A stretch of 64,000 bases of DNA from the human T2T-CHM13v2.0 reference genome, Homo sapiens, in assembly GCF_009914755.1 (NCBI RefSeq), contig NC_060938.1. One strand, written 5' to 3'. The notes below the pieces were generated by a model. The model saw only the letters and a list, made by a program, of their open reading frames with translations. It searched no databases and was not told the origin of the DNA. Both the position numbers and the translations under genes were made by a program. Below, one piece after another: positions 50,450-64,000 of this stretch; the first letter of the stretch is position 1, and every line of letters begins with the position of its first letter.

Positions 50450-50855
50450 CTATTTGTTTGTGTTACTATAAAGGAAACTGAAACTAGGAAATTTATAAAG
50501 AAAAGAGGTTTAACTGGCTCATGGTTCTGCAGGATATACAAGCATGGCACCAACATTTGCTTGGCTTCTAGTGAGGGCCTCGGGAAGCTTACAATCATAG
50601 TGGAAGGCCAAGTGGGAGGAGGCAGATCACATGGTGAGATCAGGGGAAAGGGGGTGGGGACGTGCCACACTCTTCCAAACAACGACATCTCACGTAAACT
50701 CACTGAGCAAAACTCATTTATCACCAAGGAGATAATGGTAAATCATTCATGAGGGATCTGCTCCCAGGATTCAATCACCCCCCTGGCCCCACCTCCAACC
50801 TGGGAATCACATTTCAACGTCAGATGTGGAAGGGACAAACAACCAAACCATATCA
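50450..50855 (-). mobile_element. MST (MSTA/B) MaLR LTR
   Basis: tttataaagaaaagaggtttaactggctcatggttctgcagg...ggccccacctccaac...aaccatatca. Confidence 0.8.
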
Positions 50856-51154
50856 GGAGGAAGAGATCCTGTCTCAAAAAAAAAAAAAAAAAACTGTTAT
50901 ATTCCCAGATGTTATAGTTTACACAAAGTGTTTTTGTTTAAATTTAATCCTTATAACTGACAGATATCATAAGACAGATGTCATTATTCTTTTCATATTA
51001 CTTATAAGGTGAACAATCTCAAAAAGGTCAGTCACAAAGCTGGTGACAGAGACAAGATTTCAAGCCCTCTGATTTCAAATCCTGTGTTCCTTCCACCAAA
51101 CTAAACTGCTTTACAAATATCCAGTATGGCAATACAGATAAAAAGGAGTATTTA

Positions 51155-52090
<936 letters not shown>

Positions 52091-53777
52091 CTCTCTCTAT
52101 ATATAGAATCTCACTCATTTCTGAATATGAGAAATTTTTAAATATTGGCAGTCTTGTCCTAGATTGAAAAATAAAAAAGAAGAAACATTTAAAAAGAAAG
52201 ACATAAAATTTTAGGAGCAACTATGACAAGCAGTGTTTAATTTCTTCCTAATACCTGAAAGGTTCTGGGTCAGAATCCTAATATGTCTTCTACTTAATCA
52301 AAGATTTCCAAATCCCATCATTGATTCTGACAACGAATTAACATAATTTTTTTAAAAACCTTTGCATTTGGGGACAAATGTATAACCATTAAGAACTTTA
52401 TAAAATCTTGCCGTAACTAAAGTGCTTCTAATGAAGTCACTATCAATCCTCTCAGTGCCATGATTCTTTCTTGATAAAACACTCTCATGGTTCCAAACAC
52501 CTATATGCACACAGTAGTTTATAATATAAGACAAAAATAAAAACAAAGGCATACTCAGGGCTTGATGTAAGAGGAAAAAAGGAAGTGGCATGTCGTATTA
52601 TTTCAGCTGAAGAAACAAGGAAGTAGGATCATTTACCAACAAGCATAATCTTCATGAGCACGTCTCTAAAGGGCAGAATGATATACTCAGGTTTTCCTAA
52701 AAAAGAATAGCAGACAATGGTCTACAACACTCATCTCTCCACTAATTCAAACCCCAAATCCAAGAAGAAAAACTAATTTAACTGACCGTTCTGATTTATA
52801 AAGAAAAAATAATAATGCATGCTTCTGGATTCATGGTTCAAGTTTACATGACTAGAATGACGGCTTTAGGAGTTGCAATATGCAAACATATAAGTCATAA
52901 CCTAAACACAGAGGCTGGAAGTTTGTCCTATAATATTTTATCCCTCCTTTTTGTTCTTCTTTCTCCTAAAAGATCTTTACCTCAGTCAGAACTATGGTTG
53001 TCTAAGCCAACATCTCTACCCCAAGCACCACTTTATTTTCTCCCTCATACACATTGTTACACCCCTTTTTCCTGACTTAAAATTCACTCCTTGCCAACTT
53101 CTATGGTGTCTCTATGACATCTACACAGGTTAAACTGACTTCTTTGATTCACAGCTAATAGAAAGTACATGCAATAGAGCTTAAAGGAGTATCAATTACA
53201 TGAATATTTCTGGAAAGCAACTGTAAATACAAAGAATAAAGCACTCTGTTACATTGAAAAAAATTGCAGTTCATCATGAAAAACCTTCAGTTCAAGGTAC
53301 CTAGGATATAGATTAAGATTAAATTTAATATAATTTTTAAACTTTGTTTAACAAATAGAAATAGGGGTCTCGCTATGTTGCCCAGGCTGGTTTTGAACTC
53401 CTGGCCTCAAGCAATCCTCCTGCCTCAGCCTCCCAAAGTGTTGAGATTACAAATGTGAGCCACTGCACCTGGCCTAAAATTAAATTTAAATGTCTCACCC
53501 AAGTGCCTCAAAACGTGCCGTAATTCCCAAACAGATTTACAGATATTCTGAATATTGACTGACAAGTATTTAGGGGTTACTATATAACTGTCTAAATACC
53601 AACAAGGAATTATAGGACTCACTTGAAAATATAATAACTACTATATATAGAGCACCTACTATATTCAAGGCACTGTTCTAAGAATTTACATATAAATGTG
53701 TATAAGTGTGTATAATCTCATTTCATCAGCACAAAGAAACACTAAGAGATAGGGGCTATAATTCTAATTTTATTTAA

Positions 53778-53990
<213 letters not shown>

Positions 53991-54392
53991 TAGTCTCAAA
54001 CTCTTGATCTCAGGTGATCCACCCACCTTGGCCTCCAAAAGTGCTGGGATTACAGGCATGAGCCACCGTGCCCAGCCTCTAATTTTAAAGATGAGAAAAT
54101 GTGGCTTTGAAAGAAGGCAAGATTTGAAATCTTGGCTTCAGGCCAAGATGGTACAGTAAATTCACCCAAATAACTATATATAAGTGTATCAAATATATAA
54201 ATAAATAATGCATAGCTGGCTCAAAAAATAATGTAAATACCTTCCAGGCATTGATAAGTAATACAAATGCAAAGTGGTAAGGCCTCTGAAGCCAGAGGCC
54301 TACTGGGCTCCTGGTTCAGAAGCAGGCAGTGGCTGGGAGTCTGGCTTCCTTGGGGAACAGGCAAGAAAAATGTTCCATGTAAGACAGAACCT

Positions 54393-55010
<618 letters not shown>

Positions 55011-56859
55011 ACAAGACAGAGTCTGCCAGAGCTAGGGTGGGGGTAGAGTTCCCTTATTTATAAAGAAGGCTGAAAGCAACTGGCCAACTCTGCCTGGAGC
55101 TATTGCTTACAGGAAATAACTCTTAAGTTGCATGACCCAGACACAGCTTCAAAAACAAGAAAGAGGCCTGGTGCGGTGGCTCACGCCTGTAATCTCAGCA
55201 CTTTGGGAGGCAGAGGCAGACGGATCACCTGAGGTCAGAGACCAGCCTGGCCAACATGGTGAAATTTTGTAAAAATACAAAAATTAGCCGGGCATGGTCG
55301 CACACGCCTGTAATCCCTGCTACTCAGGAGGCTGAGGCAGAAGAATCGCTTGAACCTCGGAGGCAGAGGTTGCAGTGAGCCAAGATCGCGTCACCGTACT
55401 CCAGCTTGGGCAACAGAGTGAGACTCTGTCTAGAAAAAAACAAAACAAAACAAGAAAGAGACCAAGCCACCTGCTAGTTCTGTGACTGGATCTGCAATAT
55501 CCACAATATCAACAGTATCTCTAAGGAGCAGGAACTCTAAACTTTGTTCTAGAATTGGGGTCTAGAGGCAATCAAAACTACTGTACAAGAAAGAGAAAAC
55601 ACAAGACGGACAGTGAAAGCCAGTTCTCAAGTATAGAAGACAACTAAAGCTGCTGTTATGTCTTGAATAACATTCCAATCTCCATTTCCTGAATATGTAT
55701 CTATTAAGACTGCTTCTGGTGCTCTCTCACATCCCTCGGTATTTATAAGATAAACTCTTAAGCAGTTAAGGTAACCAGAAAGAACCTAACACGCTTAAAC
55801 CTTTTCTACTTTCCCAACAAACCAACAATCATGATCATCTGAAAATATTATTTTTTAATGCGATAAAGTTACAAAAACCTATTCCTAACTGACAGCCCTT
55901 GAAAAGTACAAAAATAAGCAACTAGATTTACCAGTTAAAGAAAAGTGTCTTTATAACTAACTTTGGTGAGTGGGCCTAAGCAAACTTTAAGTGTTATGGA
56001 ATCTCTCATATTTAGCCTTCCTATTATCAACCAGACACAGGACTTTCCTACCACTAGGAAGGGAGTGGTTTCCAGTTTTAAGATGATACAATTGAAAAGT
56101 TTTGAAAAGGAATTAAAAATAGTCTCAAGAGAATAACTTGAAATAAAAACTGTGTTTTAATAAAATATGAGTCAAATTAGTAATCCATCACTTAAATCCT
56201 AGATCTGTGTCTGCTACTACCTAGCTGTGGGACTTTAGCTAACCTACCTACCTAGGCTTTGGGTCCTTTATCTGTTTAAAAAAAGAACACTTTATGAGGT
56301 CTCTTGGGCTCTTCTAATTCTGACATCATAAAATTCTATTAAATGTATGACAGGAATGTTTGCTAAGTGTAAACATATTCAGCATTTACACAGTGTTTTC
56401 AACACCTTCAAAACTCTACCAGTGAGGTCCACCACCTTCTCTCCTCCCAAAGTCACATAAGCAGAATCTAAAAAAACATGGCTAGGCACAGCGCCTCGTG
56501 TCTGTAATCCCAGCGCTTTAGAAGGCAGACGTCAGGGGATCTCTTGAAGCCAGGAGTTCAACCAGCCTGGGCAACATACCAAGACTTTGCCTCTAAAAAA
56601 AATTAAAAATTAGCCAGGTATGGTGGTGCATGCCTGAGTCCCAGCTACTCAGGAGCCTGCGGCAGGAGTTCAAGCTCAGGAGTTCAAGGCTTGAGCTTGA
56701 GCTCAGGAGTTCAAGGCTGCAGTGAGCTATGATCACACCACTGCACTCCAGCCTGGGAGACAAAGTGAGACCCTGTCTCTACAACATGAAAATAAAAACA
56801 AAATAAAACATTTTCTGAGATATTTCCAAAATAATTTTTAATATGGTAATATATGCTAG

Positions 56860-57578
<719 letters not shown>

Positions 57579-57579
57579 G

Positions 57580-57969
57580 AGTTTGGTGCAAAAGTAGTTG
57601 TGTTTTTTGCCATTAAAATGGCATTAAAGCTGTGTGGCTGTAGCTCACACCTGTAATCCCAGCACTTTGGGAGGCTGAGGCAGGCAGATCACTTGAGGCC
57701 AGGAGTTTCAGACCAGCCTGGCCAACATGGTGAAACCCCGTCTCTACTAAAAATACAAAAATTAGCTGGATGTGGTGGCACATGCCTGTAATCCCAGCTA
57801 TTCAAGAGGCTGAGGCAAGAGAATTGCTTGAAAACCTGGGAGGCAGAGGTTGTAATGAGCCGAGATCGCACCACTGCACTCCAGCCTGGGCCATAAAGTG
57901 AGACTCTGTCTCAAAAAAAAAAAAAGGCATTAAAATGGCAAAAACCGCAATTACTTTTGCATCAACCTA
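57580..57969. mobile_element. MADE1 split by AluS (~57629-57925)
   Basis: ttggtgcaaaagta.ttg..ttttttgccatt / aatggcaaaaaccgcaattacttttgcatcaaccta; TSD ggcattaaa. Confidence 0.85.
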
Positions 57970-58257
57970 TACTGCATTTACATACAGGTTTTTGTGTGAC
58001 TGTGTTTTCATTTTACTTGAATAAATACCCAGGAGTGAAACTGTGGACCATTCTGGTAAATGTACATTTAATTATATATTTTATATGTTTTAAATTTACA
58101 TTAATAAATATTTTATATATTTTAAATATATATTTTGCATCAACCTATACTGCATTTGCATATAGGTTTTTGTGTGACTGTGTTTTCATTTTACTTGAAT
58201 AAATACCCGGGAGTGAAACAGTGGACCATTCTGGTAAGTGTACATTTAATTATATAT
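57955..58257 (+). repeat. 125-bp direct duplication with a 53-bp AT-rich spacer
   Basis: 57955-58079 vs 58133-58257, 5 mismatches. Confidence 0.95.
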
Positions 58258-58314
58258 GACAACCTGCCAAATTGTTTTCCAAAGAGGCTATACCAACAAT
58301 GAATAAGGGTTTTG

Positions 58315-59739
<1,425 letters not shown>

Positions 59740-61011
59740 TCATCAATTTCATGTGGAATTTATCATGACTTTTAAGGCAGTTTTAAACTACCTGTCTAAA
59801 CAAAAATATTAAATATACTTACTCTTTCTAAAATCTTTACCCAAAGGGAGTAAGAAATAAGGGGAAGGGGCAGAGAGTGGTAGACTCCAAAATATTCAGT
59901 ACTACACCCTGCCCAAATTCCAAAGTAATTTAATTAAACACTTTCCAAAAAAAAAATTCAGGTATTTTAGCAGCACTCTCAAAAGTCCAGGCATAATTTT
60001 ACTAATAATTAACTTGTAACACTTTGTTATTCATAAGCCCTTATAGAGTATAACTTTTAATTCTATTCATTCAATAAGAATGTACTGATTACCAATCAAA
60101 TCTCCAAAGAGTATAAGCAGTACGATAGTACTATATACAAAAATCACAGAATTTTAAAGGTTAGGAGAGATTTGAAAGAATAATCAAGATAATTTTACAG
60201 AGTAACAAAGTTTGGGGAGGATGAGGCTTCACCACACTAGATATCCACACTTATTATAAAGCTACGGTAAATAAGACAGTGTAATATTGACATAGGGATA
60301 GGCAAATAACACAAGAACAGGCTCACATGTATATAGAGATAAGATACATGACTTAAGATCCTCATTGAAATGAGAGGAATGAATGCTACTCAATAAATAG
60401 TGTTGGTCCTATTTATTTTGTATATTTAAAAAATAACGTACTCATTATTCACTATAATTTTTAGAATATTTCAGCATTAAAAAAACTTTAAAGATCATCC
60501 AGTCAAACACTATCACTTTATAAAAAGAGAAACAAAGACCCAGAGAAGACATTTAGCCAAATCATACGGGCAGGATAAGAATTAAACTCACATATCATGT
60601 TTATTAACATTCAATACATATATAAAGAGCTTCTCATTCACTCCTTAAGTCAGCCATGACAGGAATAATGACACCAAATCAGAAGTGGAGGAGACACAAA
60701 AGGTATGGTGAAGGACATGGCCAATCAGTACTATCATTTCCTGTGATGCCTAGACCCTCTTTCAAGGAAATTGGCCAAAAACTCTAGCCCTCTCCTGGAA
60801 GATTAATCTTATCTAAACCCAAACTAATGATGAAGAATAATTCTGTGGTCTCAGTATGCAGGGAACTCAGAAAGAAAGAAGAGAATTTTTGACCAGACAT
60901 GGTGGTTCACGCCTGTAATCCCAGCACTTTGGGAGGCTGAGGCAGGAGGATCACCTGAGGTCAGGAGTTCAAGACCAGCCCGGCCAACATGGCGAAACCC
61001 CATCTCTACTA

Positions 61012-61467
<456 letters not shown>

Positions 61468-62159
61468 TCACTCAGTTTGTTTCCAGGGAATGTTAATTTT
61501 AAACGTTACATTTTCAGAGTCTCACAAAGACCAGTTAAACAGTGCTGAAAACTGTCAGAAAGTAGTTGCTCGTATTCTAAGACTCAATTAAAGTACAGAG
61601 AGAAGTGACTTATCTTCTCTAGAAAAGCAATTTAAGGTTACTAAGTTTGTCCACGGTCTGTTAATTCAGATAAAAATCTCCTTTGATAAATCACCCCTGA
61701 AATATATGACAGGAGTATAGGTAGTAAAGAGAAAGAAACTGATAGCCTATTTGCAAACTTAGAAATCCCGATTTAGGCCAGGCGCGGTGGCCCATGCCTG
61801 CAATCCCAGCACTTTGGGAGGCCGAGGCCGATGGATCACCTGAGGTCAGAAGTTTGAGACCATCCTAGCCAATCAACATGGTGAAACCCCGTCTCTACTA
61901 AAAATACAAAATTAGCCAGGTGTGGTGGTGCACGCCTGTAATCCTAGCTACTCCAGAGGCTGAGGCAGGAGAATCGCTTAGAACCTGGGAGGCGGAGGTC
62001 ACAGTGAGCCAAGATCGTGCCACTGCACTCCAGCCTGGGTGACATAGGGAGACTCTGTCTCAAAAAAAAAGAAATCCCAATTTAAACTTGGGCCACTACT
62101 ACTGCACAATGATATGCTCAACAACAAAGTAAAACTGACTACATTTAATTTAATCCATT

Positions 62160-62385
62160 TAGCACTGAAAGTTAAGAGTATGAGCTCTGGAGCCAAACTA
62201 TCTAGGTTTGAATCCCAGTTCTACCACTTACTCTATGATATTGGGCAAATCACTTACCTTCTCTATCTCAGATTCCCTACCAGTAACATAAAGATTATAA
62301 TAGTAGCTGCCCTCACAGGAGTTATCATGAGGATTAAATTAGTTAGTGCATGTAAAGCACTTAGAACGCTTCTTGGAATGTAGCA
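62160..62385 (+). mobile_element. MIR
   Basis: gttaagag...ctctggagcca...gtttgaatcccagttctaccacttac...ttgggcaaatcactta...gaggattaaat...atgtaaagcacttagaac. Confidence 0.85.
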
Positions 62386-62999
62386 TTGGCTGCTGCTAGT
62401 ACTAATATTATCATTATTATCCGATACTTTACTAGGCTATCAGTTCTCACAAGTGGCCCAAATATAGAATAGTTTCCTAACCAGATCACACTATTTTAAC
62501 ATTCTTGAATCAGTGATTCAATCAGTGAATCAAATTCAGAAAGTACCTCTAGGCTGGGTGCAGTGGCTCACACCTGTAATCCCAGCACTCTGGGAGGATG
62601 AGGTGGGAGAACTGCTTGAGGTGAGGAGTTCGAGACCAGCCTAGACAACATAGCGAGACTTCATCTTTATTTTTAAATTTTGTAATAGAAAAAAAAAATG
62701 AAAAAACCATAGCTCTCTACAAAACACAGCCTGAAGTCTTTCTTTTGAATCATTCAACTTATCAAAGTTCCCACCAATATTAACCAATAGCAAATATTTA
62801 CTCCAAAAAATCAACATGAATTATCACTATATGAAAGTTCTGAGAAATCTTCTATTTGGAATAATTATTTCATTTTATTTTTAATTATAAATCCATCTCC
62901 CATCTCTGCTCTTACAAATGAGAATAAATCTGGATCCATAAGTAGTAATAAAACACACAATCTTTTACTAAGATATTTACTATCAATCTGCAAATTTGC

Positions 63000-63690
<691 letters not shown>

Positions 63691-63703
63691 TGATCTGGGC
63701 TCA

Positions 63704-64000
<297 letters not shown>

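Overview
Human (primate) genomic DNA, very repeat-dense: roughly 75 Alus plus L1, L2, MIR, LTR and DNA-transposon relics. No genuine protein-coding region is present. The only exon I can support is a 132-bp minus-strand exon at 37906-38037 with canonical cag|...|gtaagt sites. I recognise it from memory as the non-coding 5'UTR exon 2 of NUMB, so the rest of the window would be NUMB intron 1 (right) and intron 2 (left). The ORF-track calls I examined are Alu, L1, microsatellite or chance read-throughs. The most unusual signal is a set of locally templated insertions. A THE1 solo LTR (15172-16278, intact 5-bp TSD) carries three inverted copies of nearby intron sequence. The largest forms a ~600-bp inverted repeat (13008-13591 vs 15594-16208) whose outer 254 bp are 100% identical while the inner part is ~4% diverged. 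Further templated insertions, duplications or fold-backs occur near 19.0, 23.1, 48.7, 56.7 and 58.0 kb. A consensus-like AluYa5 lies inside the inverted-repeat loop. Repeat subfamily names and boundaries are by eye and approximate.
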